64,000 nucleotides of DNA, taken from positions 31,062,001-31,126,000 of the forward strand of contig OZ024748.1 of assembly GCA_964016885.1 (NCBI GenBank), read 5' to 3'. The notes beneath the pieces were generated by a model. It worked only from the letters and a program-made list of their open reading frames with translations. It was not told where the DNA came from and did no database searches. The stretch comes from Eledone cirrhosa. Its lineage: Eukaryota. Of the stretch, positions 1-14,727 are shown piece after piece (positions within the stretch are counted from its first letter, which is position 1; each line of letters opens with the position of its first letter). The translations under genes and the position numbers were made by a program.

Positions 1-845
1 CTTTGTAAAGAAAAAAAGGCAAGTTTAATCTGTAGGTGGGTTGCAGTGTAAATTCCATAATTCGGGCGAATCCACAGAAGTGACTGAAATATTGACAAGT
101 CCAGTTCAATTTGTTGCCTTCCCAGCGAGTCGGGCAAAAACAACAAGACGGATGGCCGTCATGGACGATCAGTGTGCAATGAGATGCGAAGCTGTTTGAG
201 TTCAGCTGCAATTAGTATTCTCGTGTTGCGGTGCCTGTTTGAATCCAGTGGATTAAGCTCTGTGAGCTGCTAGCATGTGACAGCACCTCAACCAGGTGAA
301 AAGGGACTCGCAGAATATTACGTTTGAAGAACATATACCAAGAACAACATGTTGGTGTGTGATAAAAAAAAATGTGTGCATATGCAGGCATGTAATACAG
401 CAGAGAATGTGAATGAACAAAAACCATTAGCAAGCAAATAGCAAAAGAGCACAAAACAAGTAAATGCATTCTACAAAGAAATATGTGAATGTAAGAAACT
501 GATAATTCAAAGTCAATCTAAGGGAGCAGAGAAATTGCCCAACAAGTTCAAAGTTTTTCAAAGTCAAATAGTTCACACATCACCAGTGTACAGACACTAG
601 TTCTATCTGAAAACTGAAAAAGAAGTTTGTTAATGCCGTTAGGGGTTAGATGTATGGTGTTTTTGTGAGTTTTCGTGGCCATTTTACCGTCCCGCCACAC
701 GGTTGTGTTGCTTATTGTTAAAGCAAAGTCAAAGAATCTTCTGTAGAGTAGCAGTCACCAAACATGGCAGCCACGTCTGACGCCATAATGGTGAGAAAAC
801 TACTGTCTCAATTTCTCGAGTCCCTGTGGTAACGAGACAGAAGGT

Positions 846-930
846 ATGGTGGTTGCGTCGGTAAAGTTACAAGCCGTTTTGAAATTTCCGATGTGTGGTG
901 GTTTGCGTCGGTAAGGCTATGAAGCTGCCA
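846..930 (+). repeat. Short imperfect direct repeat, 2 copies, ~49-bp spacing
   Basis: GGTGGTTGCGTCGGTAAAGTTACAAGC versus GGTGGTTTGCGTCGGTAAGGCTATGAAGC. Confidence 0.7.
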
Positions 931-1165
931 CTCACTGTTCCCCGTATTGGTCAGTGGTTAAACAACGCTGTCGCTGCTGCTGTCATTGTTGTTGGTAGCC
1001 ATCTTGAAATTTTTTCGTGGCGAAAAAGTTTTTGAAATACTGCCAATTTTTAAAAAAATTTTGAAAGGAATATATTTTATTTTCGCAAGCTGCGAAAAAG
1101 GTTGGCAACGTGGCAATAAAAGTTCAACTGAATGGAAAAGAAGGGCTGCGTTAAATTCTTACGTC

Positions 1166-1262
1166 GGTCACCACTTTAGCAGTATTGGTTATAGAGTAGT
1201 CGAATGGTCGCCACTTTAGCAGGGTGGTAGAATCAGTGGTCGCCACTTTAACAGGGTAGATG
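1166..1262 (+). repeat. Three imperfect copies of GGTCRCCACTTTARCAG
   Basis: GGTCACCACTTTAGCAG (~1166), GGTCGCCACTTTAGCAGGGT (~1206), GGTCGCCACTTTAACAGGGT (~1238). Confidence 0.75.
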
Positions 1263-1780
1263 ATTGAAGGTCGTTAGTTGCCAGTGTGGTAAGTGATAGT
1301 ATCCTCGTTGGATTATCTTGTTGACATAGACGTGAGGGAAGGTCCCTCGATCTATTACCAATATTCCTTTCGTCAGGTCGCCAATTCCAGCAGCATGGAT
1401 TATAGTTGTTATTGAGACACGAGTAACATAAAAATGATTTCAACAGCAGAAATTAGAGATGAAATGTATGTTTATTTTTTGATGTAGCACAATGTTTGTT
1501 AACTTATATGGTTGAAGTTACAGATAAGAAGAGGTTACAAAAGGGAATGTGCCATTGCGCCGTTAAGCCGGCGAGGCTAGGGTGCAATATCTCACCGTTA
1601 CATTATGCGTGTTGCTGGCTCGAAGTTTCTGGTACAAGAGAGAGATTCTTCAAATCTTCGCGGGGAATTTCTTCCTCAGGGCGCGAAGGGATACATCCTC
1701 TTCTACTGGCGCTGATTGGCTGAACTGAGCCAAATCACGCACAGAGATGTATGTAAGCCCGCGGAATGTAGGTCACTACA

Positions 1781-4700
1781 CAAGCATAAGCCTTAGACTT
1801 AAAGCCCAACCCCAAAACTTAGACTTAGACTTAAACCCCAACCCCAAGCCTTAGACTTAAAGCCCAACCCCAAGCCTTAGACTTAGACTTAAACACCAAC
1901 CCCAAGCCTTGTACATAGACTTAAACCACAACCCAAACCTTATAATTAAACCCTAACAAGCCTTACACTTAAAACCTAACCCCAAGCCTTAGCCCAACCT
2001 GTAAACTTAAACCCCAACCCAAAGACTTAGATTTAGACTTAAACCCCAATCCCAAGCCTTAGACATAGACTTGAACCCCAATCCCAAGCTTAGACTTAGA
2101 CTTAAAACCCAACCACTAGCATTAGACTTAGACTTAAACTCCAAGCCATAGACATAGATTTAAACGCCAACCTCAAGATTTAGACTTAGACTTAAACCCC
2201 AGCTGCAAGCCTTAGACTTAAACTTAAGCCTCAACCCTAAGCCTTAGGCTTAGATTTAAACCTCAACCTCAGGCCTTAGACTTAGACTTAAATCACAACT
2301 CAAAGCCTTAGTCTTAGAGTTAAACCCCAAAACCAACCATTAGGCTTAGACTTAAAGCCCAACCCCAAGTCTTAGACTTAACTTAAAACCCAGCCACTAG
2401 CATTAGACTTAGATTTAAACCCCAACACCAAGCCTTAGACTTAAACCCTAACCCCAAGCCTTAGACTTAAACCTCAACCCCAAGCCTTAGACTTAGGTTT
2501 AAACACAAACCCCCCAAGCCTTACATTTGGATTTAAACCCAAAACCAAAGCCTTAGACATAGACTTAATTCCCAACCCCAACACTTAGACTTAAAGACCA
2601 ACCCAAAGCCTTAGACGTAGACTTAAACCTCTGTCCAAAGCCTTAGATTAGACTTAAACCCCAACCTCTAGCATTAGACTTAGACTTAAACCCAAACTCA
2701 AAGCCTCAGAATTAAACCATAACCACAAGTCTTAGACATAAACCCCAACCCCAAGCCTTAGACTTTGACTTAAACACCAACTCCTAGCCTTAGACTTAAA
2801 ATTAAACCCCAACCCCATGACTTAGACTAGACTTAAACCTCGACCCTAATCCTTAGACTTAGATATAAATACCAACCCCAGGCCTTAGACTTAGACTTAA
2901 ACCACAACCCAAAGCCTCAGTCATAGACATAATCCTCAACACCAAGCCTTACACTTAGACGTAAACGCCAACCCAAAGCCTTAGACTTAGATTTAAAACC
3001 CAACCACAAGCCTTAGGCTTAGACTTAAATCTAAACCCAAAGTCTTAGAATTAAAATTAAACCCCAACCCCAACCTTAGACTTAGACTTAATCCCCAATA
3101 TTAAGCTTTAGACTTAGACTTAAACCCCTAGCCTTAGACATAGATTTAAACCCCAACCACAAGCCTTAGACTTAGACTTACACCCCAAACCCAAGCCTTA
3201 GACTTGAAGATCAAGCGCAAGTGTTAAACTTAGACTTGAACCCCAACCACAAGCATAAGACTTAGACTTAAACCCCAACCCTAAGCCTTAGACTTAAAGA
3301 CCAATCCCAAGCCTTAGTCGTAGACTTAAACCTCTACCCAAAACCTTAGAATTAGACTTAAACCCCAAACCGAAGCTTTAGACTTAAACATAAACCCTAA
3401 CCCCAAGCTTTAGACTTAAACTTAAACCCTAACCCCAAGCCTTAGACTTAGACTTAAACCCCAACCCCAAGCCTCAGACATAGACTTAAACCTCAACCCA
3501 AAGCCTTAGACTGAGACTTAAACCACAATCACTAGCATTAGACTTAGAATTAAACTCCAAGCCATAGACATAGATTTAAAAACCAAATTCAAGACTTAGA
3601 CTTAAGCCCCAGCTTCAAGCCTTAGATTTAGACTTAGTCCCCAACCACAAGCTTTAGACGTAAATTTAAACCCCACCTCCAAGACATAGACTTAGACTTA
3701 AACCCCAACCTTAAGCCTTAGACGTAGACGCTAACCCCAAAACAGAGCCTTAGACTTAGAATTAAACCCCAACCACAAGCCATATACATAGACTTAAATC
3801 ACAACCACAAGCCTTAGAATTAAACCCTAACAACAAGCCTTAAACTTAAAACCTAACCCAAGCCTTAGCCCAACCCGTAAACTTAAACCTCAACCAAAAG
3901 CCTTAGACTTAGACTTAAACCCCAGACCCGAGTATTAGACTTAGATTTAAACCCCAACCGCAAGGCTTAGACATAGATTTAAACGCCAAACCCAAGCTTT
4001 AGACTTAGACTTGAGCCCCAACTCCTAGCCTTAGAATTAAATTTAAACCCCAACCCTAAGCCTTGGACTTAGATTTAAAACTCAACCCCAGGCCTTAGTC
4101 TTAGACTTAAATCACAACCCAAAACATTAGACGTAAATTTAATCCCCAACCCCAAGCCTTAGTGATAGACTTAAACCCAAACCTCAAGCCTTAGACATAG
4201 ACTTAAACCCCAACCACTAGCATTAGATTAGATTTAAACGCCAACCCAACACTTAAACTTAAAGACCAACCCAAGCCTTAGACGTAGACTTAAACCTCTA
4301 TCCAAAGCCTTAGAATTAGACTTAAACCCCAAACGGAAGCTTTAGACTTAAACTTAAACCCTAACTCCAAGCCTTAGACATAGACTTAAACTTCAATCCA
4401 AAGCCTTAGACTTAAACCCCAACACTAAGCCTTAGACTTAGACATAAAGCCCAACTCCAGTCCTTAGACTTAAACCCTAACCCCAACCCTTAAACTTAGA
4501 CTTAAACCCCAACCCCAAGGCTTAGACTTAGACTTAAACCCCAAACCCAAGCCTTAGACTTAGACTTAAACCCTAAAAAAATTTATTCTTAAAACCGAAC
4601 CCAAATACCAAGCCTTAGCCCAACATGTAAACTTAAACCCCAACCCCGTGCCTTAGATTTAGGCTTAAACCCCAACACCATGCCTTAGATTTAGACTTAA

Positions 4701-7700
4701 ACTCCAACCCCAAGCCTTAGTTGTAGACTTAAATACCAACCCCAAACCATAGACATAGATTTAAACCCCAACCCCAAGCCTGAGACTTAGACTTAAACCC
4801 CAACCACTAGCCTTAGACGTAAACTTAAACCCCAACCCCAAGCCTTTGAGTTTGACTTAAACCCAAGCCCATAGACTTATACTTAAACCCCAACCTCAAG
4901 CTTTAGACTTAGGCTTAAGCCCCAAAGCCCAAGCCTTAGACTTAAACCCCAACCCAAAGTCTTAGTCTTAGACTAAACCCCAACCTCAAGCCTTAAAACC
5001 CAACCATGAGCATTAGACTTAGACTTAAACCCCAAGCCATAGACATAGATTTAAACCCCAACCCCAAGCCTTAGACAAGACTTAAACCCCAACCACAAGC
5101 ATTAGACTTAGACTTAAACCCCAACACCATGCCTTAGATTTAGACTTAAACTCCAACCCCAAGCCTTAGACATAGACTTAAACCCCAACCCCAAGCTTAA
5201 GACATCGACATAAACCCCACCCACAAGCATTATACTTAGACTTAAACCCCAACCCCAAGCCTTAGACTTAGACTTGAACCCCAACCCCAATCCTTAGACT
5301 TAGACTTAAACCCCAACACCAAGCCATAGACATAAAGCCTAACACCAAGCTTTAGACTTAAACCCCAACCCCAAGCTTTGACTTAGGCTTAAACCCCAAC
5401 TCCAAGCCTTAGAATTAAACCATAACCACAAGGCTTAGACTTAAACACAAATTCCTAGCCTTAGACTTAAACTTAAACCCCAAACGCTAGCCTTTGACTT
5501 AGACTTAAACACAGGCCTTAGAATTAGACTTCAACCCCAACACCAAGCCTTAGACATAAACCGTAACCCCAAGCTTTAGACTTAGGCTTAATCCCCAATC
5601 CCCAAGCCTTAGACTTAAACCCCAACTCCAAGCCATAGACATAGATTTAAACCCCAACCTCAAGACTTAGACTTAGACTTAAACCCCAGCTCCAAGCCTT
5701 AGTCTTAGACTTAAACCCCAACCCCAAGACTTAGACTTAGACTTGAACCCCAAACCCAAGTCTTAGACATAGACTTAAACACAAACACAAGCCTTAGACA
5801 CATACTTAAACATCAAGCCAAAGCCTTAGACTTAGTTTTAAACCCCAACCCCAAGCCTTAGACTTAGACTTAAAGCCCAACACCACGCCTTAGACATAAA
5901 CCCCAACCTTAGCCATAGACACTAATCCCAAAGCAAAGCCTTAGACTTAGAATTAAACACCAACCCCAAGCCTTATGCATAGACTTAAACCACAACACCA
6001 AGCCTTAGAATTAAACCCTAACAACAAGACTTAGTCTTAAAACCGAACCCCAACCGCAAGCCTTAGCCTAACCAGTAAACTTAAACCCCAACTCGAAGCC
6101 TTAGATTTAGGCTTAAACTCCAACCCCTAGCCTTAGAGAAAACTGAAACCCCAACCACAAGCATTAGACATCGACATAAATCCCAACCACAATCATTAAA
6201 CTTAGACTTAAACCCCACCCCAAGCCTTAGACTTAGACTTAAACCCCAACATTAAGCCTTAGACTTAGACTTAAACCCCAACCACTAGCCTTAGCCGTAA
6301 ACTTAAACCCCAACCCCAAGCCTTTGAGTTTGACTTAAACCCAAGCCCATAGACTTATACTTAAACCCCAACCTCAAGCTTTAGACTTAGGCTTAAACCC
6401 CAACCCCCAAGCCTTAGACTTAAACCCCAACCCAAAGTCTTAGTCTTAGACTAAACCCCAACCTCAAGCCTTAAAACCCAACCAGGAGCATTAGACTTAG
6501 ACTTAAACCCCAAGCCATAGACATAGATTTAAACCCCAACACCAAGCCTTAGACAAGACTTAAACCCCAACCACAAGCATTAGACTTAGACTTAAACCCC
6601 AACACCATGCCTTAGATTTAGACTTAAACTCCAACCCCAAGCCTTAGACATAGACTTAAACCCCAACCCCAAGCTTAAGACATCGACATAAACCCCACCC
6701 ACAAGCATTATACTTAGACTTAAACCCCAACCCCAAGCCTTAGACTTAGACTTGAACCCCAACCCCAATCCTTAAACTTAGACTTAAACCCCAACACCAA
6801 GCCTTAGACATAAAGCCTAACCCCAAGCCTTAGACTTAAACCCCAACCCCAAGCTTTGACTTAGGCTTAAATCCCAACTCCAAGCCTTAGAATTTAACCA
6901 TAACCACAAGGCTTAGACTTAAACACAAACTCCTAGCCTTAGACTTAAACTTAAACCCCAAACGCTAGCCTTTGATTTAGACTTAAACACAAGCCTTAGA
7001 ATTAGACTTCAACCCCAACACCAAGCCTTAGACATAAACCGTAACCCCAAGCCTTAGAGTTAAACACCAACCCCAAGCTTTAGACTTAGGCTTAATCCTC
7101 AATCCCCATGCCTTAGACTTAAACCCCAACTCCAAGCCATAGACATAGATTTAAACCCCAACCTCAAGACTTAGACATAGACTTAAACCCCAGCTCTAAG
7201 CCTTAGACTTAGACTTAAACCCCAACCTCAAGACTTAGAATTAGACTTGAACCCCAACCGCAAGTCTTAGACATAGACTTAAACCCAACCCCAAGTCTTA
7301 GACATATACTTAAACCTCAACCCAAAGCCTTAGACTTAGTTTTAAACCCCAACCCCAAGCCTTAGACTTAGACTTAAAGCCCAACTCCACGCCTTAGATT
7401 TAAACACTAACCCCAACCCTTAAACTTAGAATTAAACCCCAACCAAAATGCTTAGACTTAGACTTAAACCCCAACCACTAACATTAGACTTAGACTTAAA
7501 CTCGAAGTCATAGACATAGATTTAAATCCCAGCTTCAAGCCTTAGACTTAGACTTACTCCCCAGCCCCAAGCCTTAGACGTAACCTTAAACCCCCACTCC
7601 AAGACTTAGACTGAGACTTAAACCCCAACCACAAGCCTTATACATAGACTTAAACCACAATCCCAAGCCTTAGAATTAAACCCTAACAACAAGCCTTAGA

Positions 7701-10700
7701 CTTAAAACCTAACCCGAAGCCTTAGCACAACCCGTATACTTAAACCCCAACACAAAGCCTTAGATTTAGACTTAAACTCCAACCACAAGCATTAGACTTA
7801 GACTTAAACCCTAACCCCAAACCTTAGACTTAAACTTACCCCAACCATAAGCCTTAGAATTAGACTTAAACCCCAAGCAATAGACATAGATTTAAACCCC
7901 AACCACAAGCCTTAGACGTAGACTTAAATCCCAACCTCAAGCTTTAGACTTAGACTTGAACCTCAACCCCAAGCTTTAGACTTAGATTTAAAACCCAACC
8001 ACTAGCATTAGACTTAGACTTAAATTCCAAGCCATAGACATAGCTTTAAACGCCAACCTCAAGACTTAGACTTAAAGACCAACTCAAGCCTTAGACGTAG
8101 ACTTAAACCTCTACCCAAAGCCTTAGACTTAGACTTAAACCCCAAACCCAAGCCTTATACATTGACTTCAACTTCAACCCAAATCTTAGAGTTAGACTTA
8201 AAACCCAACCCCAAGCCTTAAACTTAGACTTAAAGCCCAAACTAAAGCCTTAGACTTAGACTTAAACCCCAACCACAAGCCTTATGCATAGATTTAAACC
8301 ACAACACCAAGCCTTACAATTAAACCCTAACAACAAGATTTAGTCTTAAAACCGAACCCCAACCCCAAGCCTTAGCCCAAAACCGTAAATTTAAAACCCC
8401 AACTCAAGCCTTAGATTTAGACTTAAACTCCAACCCCAAGACTTAGACATAGACTTAAACCCCAACCCAAGCTTTACACATCGACATAAACCCCAACCAC
8501 AAATATTAGACTTAGATTTAAACCCCAACAACAAGCCTTAGACATAAACCCTAACCTCAATCTTTAGACTCAGGTTTAAACCCCAACTCCAAGCCTTAGA
8601 ATTAAACCATAACCACAAGGCTTAGACATTAACCCCAACCCCAAGCCTTAGACTTAGACTTAAACACCAACACCTAGCCTTAGACTTAAACTTCAACCCC
8701 AACCCCAAGCCTTTGACTTAGATTAAACCCAAGCCTTAGACTTAGACTTAAACCCCAGCCCCAAGCTTAAGACTTAGGCTTAAACCCCAACCCCCAAGTC
8801 TTAGACTTAAACCCCAACCCAAAGTCTTAGACTTAGACTTAACCACAAACCCAAAGCCTTAGACTTAGACATAAACCCCAAGCCATAGACATATATTTAA
8901 ACCCCAGCCTCAAGACTTAGACTTAGACTTAAACCCCAGCTCCAAGCCTTAGACTTAGATTTAAACCCAAACCCCAAGACTTAGACTTAGATTTCAACCC
9001 CAACACTAAGTCTTAGACTTAGACTTAAACCCAACCACAAGCCTTAGACATAGACTTAAACCTCAACCCAAAGCCTTGGACTTAAAACCTAACCCCAACC
9101 CTTAAACTTAGACTTAAACCCCAACTCCAAGTCTTAGACTTAGAGTTAAACGCCAACCCCAAGCCTTAGACTTAGAATTACACCCCAACCCCAAGCTTTA
9201 GACTTAAACCCTAACCCCAACGCTTAAACTTAGACTTAAACCCCAACTTTAAAACTTAGGCTTAGATTTAAACCCCAACCTCAAGCCTTAGACGTAGGCA
9301 CTAACCCCAAAGCAAAGCCTTAGACTTAGAATTAAACCCCAACCCAAAGCCTTATGGATAGACTTAAACCACAACAGCAAGCCTTACAATTAAACCCTAA
9401 CAACATGTCTTAGTCGTAAAAGATAACCCCAACCCCAAGCCTTAGCCCAACCCGTAAACTTAAAGCCCAACCCCAAGTCTTAGATTTAGACTTAAACTCC
9501 AACCCCAAGCCTTAGACATAGACTTTAACCCCATCCCCAATCCTTAGAATTAGAATTAAACCCCAACCCAAAGCCCATGTCTTAGAATTAAACCCAAGCC
9601 TTAGACTTAGAATTAAACACCAACACCAAGCCTTAGACATAAACCCTAACTCCAAGCTTTAGACTTAAAACCCAACCCCAAGCCTTAGACTTAGACGTGA
9701 ACCCCATCCCCAAGTCTTAGACTTAGACTTAAAACCCAACCACTAGCATTAGACTTAGATTTAAACCCCAACTCCAAGCCTTAGAATTAAACCATAACTA
9801 AAAGCCTTAGACATAAACGCCAACCCAAAGTCTTAGACTTAGAATTAAACACCAAACCCAAGCCCTAGAATTAGACTTAAACCCGTTCCCCAAACCCCAA
9901 CCCCAAGCCTTAGATTTAGATTAAACTCAAACCTTAAGCCTCAGACTTAGACTGAACCCCTAAGACATAGTCATAGATTTAAACCCCAACCTCAAGCCTT
10001 AGACTTAGACGTAATCCCCAACTACAAGCCTTAGAATTAAACCATAAACACAAGCCTTAGACTTAAACCCCAACCCAAAGCCTTAGACTTAGACTTAAAT
10101 CCCAACCCCAAGCCTCAGACTTAGACTTAAAGCCCAACCCTTAGACTCAGACTAAACTCCAACCCCTAGCCTTAGACGTAAACTTAAACCCCAAATCCTA
10201 CACTTAGACTTAAACCCTAACCACAAGCCTTAGACTTAGACTTGAACCCCAACTCCTAGCCTTAGACTTAGACTTAAACCCCAACCCCAAGCCTCAGACT
10301 TAGACTTAAACCCCAAACCATAGACTTAGACTTAACCCCCAAGCACAAGCCTTAGACTTAGAATTTAAACCCCAATCTCAATCCTGAGACATAGACTTAA
10401 ACCCTAACCTCAAGCCTTAGACTTGAAGCCTAACGGCAACACCAATCTTTAGACATAGACTTAAACCTTAACACCAAGCCTTAGACTTAGACTTAAAACC
10501 CAACCCCAAGCCTCAGACTTAGACTTAAACCCCAACCCTTAGACTTAGACTAAACCCCAACCCCTAGCCTTAGACGTAAACTTAAAATTAGACTTAGACT
10601 TAAATCCCAAACTCAAGCCTTAGACTTAAACCCGAACCCCAAGCCTAAGACTTAGACTTAACCCAAAACCCAAACCCTTAGACTTAGACATAAACCCCAA

Positions 10701-13700
10701 GCCCTAGACATAGATTTAAACCCCAACCCCAAGCCTTAGACTTAGACGTGAACCCCATCCCCAAGTTTTAGACTTAGACTTAAACCCCAACCACTAGCAT
10801 TAGACTTAGACTTAAACCCGAACTCCAAGCCTTAGAATTAAACCATAACCACAAGCCTTAGACATAAACGCCAACTCCAAGTCTTAGACTTAGAATTAAA
10901 CCCCAAACCCAAGCCTTAGAATTAGACTTAAACCCGCTCCCCAAACCCCAACCCCAAGACTTAGATTTAGACTTAAACTCAAAACTTAAGCCTCAGACTT
11001 AGACTTAAACCCTAAGACGTAGACATAGATTTAAACCCCAACCTCAAGCCTTAGACTAAGACTTAAATCCCAACACCAAGCTTTAGACTTAGACGTAATC
11101 CCCAATAAAGAGCCTTAGAATTAAATCATAAACACAAGCCTTAGACTTAAACCCCAACCCAAAGCCTTAGACTTAGACTTAAACCCCAACCCCAAGCCTC
11201 AGACTTAGACTTAAAGCCCAACACTTAGACTCAGACTAAACCTCAACCCCTAGCCTTAGACGTAAACTTGAACCCCAACTCCTACACTTAGACTTAAACC
11301 CTAACCACAAGCCTTAGACTTAGACTTTAACCCCAGCCCAAAGCCTTAGACTTAGACTTAAACCCCAACCCCAAGCCTCAGATTTAGACTTAAACCCCAA
11401 CCCCAAGCCTCAGACTTAGACTTAAACCCCAACCCTTAGACTTAGACTAAACCTAAACCCCTAGCCTTAGACGTAAACTTAAATTTAGACTTAGACTTAA
11501 ATCCCAACTTCTAGCCTTAGACTTAGACTTAAACCCCAACTCCAAGCCTCAGACTTAGACTTAAACCCCAACCCTTAGACTTAGACTTAAACCCCAACCA
11601 CAAGCCTTAGACTTAGAATTTAAACCCCACTCCCAATCCTGAGACTTAGACTTAAACCCTAACCCCAAGCCTTAGACTTAAAGCCTAACCGCAACCCCAA
11701 TCTTTAGACATAGACTTAAACCTTACCCCCAAGCCTTAGATTTAGACTTAAAACCCAACCCCAAGCCTCAGACATAGACTTAAACCCCAACCCTTAGACT
11801 TAGACTAAACCCCAACCCCTAGCCTTAGACGTAAACTTAAAATTAGACTTAGACTTAAATCCCAAACTCATGCCTTAGACTTAGACTTGAACCCCAATTA
11901 CAAGTTTTAGAGTTAGACTTAAATCCCAACCCCAAGCTTTAGAATTAGACGTAATCCCCAACTACAAGCCTTAGAATTAAACCATAAACACAAGCCTTAG
12001 ACTTAAACCCCAACCCAAAGCCTTAGACTTAGATTTAAATCACAACCCCAAGCCTCAGACTTAGACTTAAAGCCCAACCCATAGACTGAGACTAATCCCC
12101 AACCCCTAGCCTTAGATGTAAACTTAAACCGCAACTCCTACACTTAGACTTAAACCCTAACCACAAGCCTTAGACTTAGACTTTAACCCCAACCCAAAGC
12201 CTTAGACTTAGACTTAAACCCCAACCCCAAGCCTCAGACTTAGACTTAAACCCCACCCCTTAGACTTAGACTAAACCCCAACCCCTAGCCTTAGACGTAA
12301 ACTTAAAATTAGACTTAGACTTAAACCCCAAACTCAAGCCTTAGACTTAGACTTGAACCCCAACTCCTAGCCTTAGACTTAGACTTAAACCCCAACCCCA
12401 ACCCTCAGACTTAGACTTAAACCCCAAACCATAGACTTAGACTTAACCCCCAACCACAAGCCTTAGACTTAGAATTTAAACCCCAATCTCAATCCTGTGA
12501 CTTAGACTTAAACCCTAACCCCAAGCTTTAGACTTAAAGCCTAACGGCAACCCTAATCTGTAGACTTAGAATTACACTCCAACCCAAAGACTTAGACCCC
12601 AACCCCAACCCCAAGCATTAGACATAGAATTAAACATTTACCCCAAGCCTTAGAGTTAGACTTAAAACCCAACCCCAAGATTCAGACTTAGACTTAAACC
12701 CCAACCCCTAGCCTTAGACATAAACTTAAAATTAGACTTAGACTTAAATCCCAAACTCAAGCCTTAGACTTAGACTTGAACCCCAACAACAAACTTTAGC
12801 ATTAGACTTAAACCCCAACCCCAAAGTTTAGATTTAGATTTGAACACCAACCCCAAGCCTCAGACTTAGACTTAAACCCCAACCCTTAGACTTAGACTTA
12901 AACCCCAACCAAAAGCCTTAGACTTAGATTTTAAACCCCAACATCAAGCCTGAGACTTAGACTTAAACCCTCACCCCAAGCCTTAGACTTAAAGCCTAAC
13001 CGCAACCCCAATCTTTAGACTTAGCATTAAACTCCAACCCAAAGACTTAGACCCCTACCCCAACCCCAAGCATTAGACATAGACTTAAACATTAACCCCA
13101 AGCCTTAGACTTAGACGTAAATACCAACCACTAGCATTACACTTAGATTTAAACCCCAACCTTAGACATACACTAAAATCCCAACCCCAACACTTGGAAT
13201 TAAACCCCAACCCAAGCCTTAGACATAGACTTAAACCTCAACCCAAAGCCTTAGACTTAGACTTAAACCACAACCCCATGCTATAGATTTAGACTTACAC
13301 CCCAACCACTTACCTTAGACGTAAGCTTAAACCCCAACTCCAAGTCTTAGACGTAGACACTAACCCCAAACCAAAGCCTTAGACTTAAAATTAAACCCCA
13401 ACCCCAAGCCTTAGACATAGACTTAAACCTCAACCCCTTGTTTAGACTTCAACATAAAACCCAACCTTAAGCCTTAGACTTAGATTTAAACCCTAAGCCA
13501 TAGACATAGATTTAAACCCCAACCCCAAGCCTTAGACTTAAATTTAATCCCCAACATTAAGCTTTAGACTTAGACTTAAACCCCAAGACTTAGACATAGA
13601 TTTAAACCCCAACCACAAGCCTTAGACTTGGACTTACACCCCAAGACCAAGCCTTAGACATAAACCCCAACCACAAGCCTTAGACATACACTGAAACCCC

Positions 13701-14727
13701 AACCCCAAAACATAGACTTAGATTTAAACCTCAACCACTAGCATTAGATTTAGACTTAAAGCCATCACCAAGGCTTAGACTTAAACCGTATCACCAAGCC
13801 TTAGATTTAAACCCCAACCCCACGCGTTAGACTTAGACTTACACCCAAAACCAAAGCCTTAGACATAGACTTAAACCCCAACCACAAGCCTTACACTTAG
13901 AATTAAACCCCAACACCAAGCCTTAGACTTAGATTTAAACACCAACCCCAAGCCTCAGACTTAGACTTAAAGCCGAACACGAAGCTTAAATTAGACTAAA
14001 ACCCGAAATCCAAGCCTGAGACTTAGATTTAAGACCCAATCCTAAGCCTTAGACTTAGACTTAAACCCGAACCCCAAGCCTTAGACTTAAACGCCAACCC
14101 AAGCCTTAAACTTAGACATAAACGCCCCCAAAGCCTTAGACTTAGACTTAAACCCCAAATCCAAGCCTTAGACTTAAACCTTAACACCAACACTTCGACT
14201 TAGACTTAAACCACAAACCCAAGCCTTAGAGAGTAGTCTTAAAACCCAACACAAAGCCTTAGACTTAGACTTAAACTCCAACCCCAAGCCTTAGACATAG
14301 ACTTAAACCGCAACCCTCAGCTTTAGACTTAGACGTAAACCCCAACTCCAAGCCTTAGAATTAAATCCTAACCACTTAGACTTAAACCCGAACCCCAACC
14401 TTATCCTTAGAATTAGACGTATACTCCAAGCCAAAGCCTTAGACTTAGACTTAAACCCTAACGCCAAGCATTAGATTTATACTCACATCCTAACCCCAAG
14501 CCTTAGACTTAGACCTAAACCCTAACCCCATGCCTTAGACTTAGACATAAACCCCAACCACAAGCATTAGACTTAGCCTTAAACCCAAACACTCATCCTT
14601 AGATTTAAATCCTAACCCTTAGATTTAAACCCCAACCACAAGACTTAGACTTAGATTTAAACACGGACCCAAGCCTCAGGCTTAGACTTAAACTCCAAAC
14701 CCAAGCCTTAGACCTAGACTTAAACTT
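1781..14727 (+). repeat. Satellite A, left arm, C-rich on + strand; 32-bp monomer with 26-bp variants
   Basis: Continuous tandem copies of AAACCCCAACCCCAAGCCTTAGACTTAGACTT. Variants lack one AGACTT or one AACCCC hexamer, and point substitutions are frequent. Confidence 0.97.
4770..7390 (+). repeat. Higher-order duplication within satellite A, period ~1478 bp
   Basis: The rare variant AGCCTTTGAGTTTGAC occurs at 4841 and 6319. The following ~1 kb shares variants (GCTTAAGACATCGACATAAACCCCACCCAC, AACGCTAGCCTTTGA). Boundaries are approximate. Confidence 0.8.

Larger units (their letters stand above)
1..1780. other. Unique or low-copy non-satellite flank; no supportable gene
   Basis: Complex sequence with only short ORFs (75-85 aa) and no motif I recognise. 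It changes abruptly into satellite at ~1781-1787. Confidence 0.6.

Noticed and set aside
212-1723. Short ORFs and promoter-like motifs (AACATGGC, GCCATCTT, CTGATTGG) in the flank
   Set aside because: No recognisable homology or coherent gene structure, and short motifs alone are insufficient.
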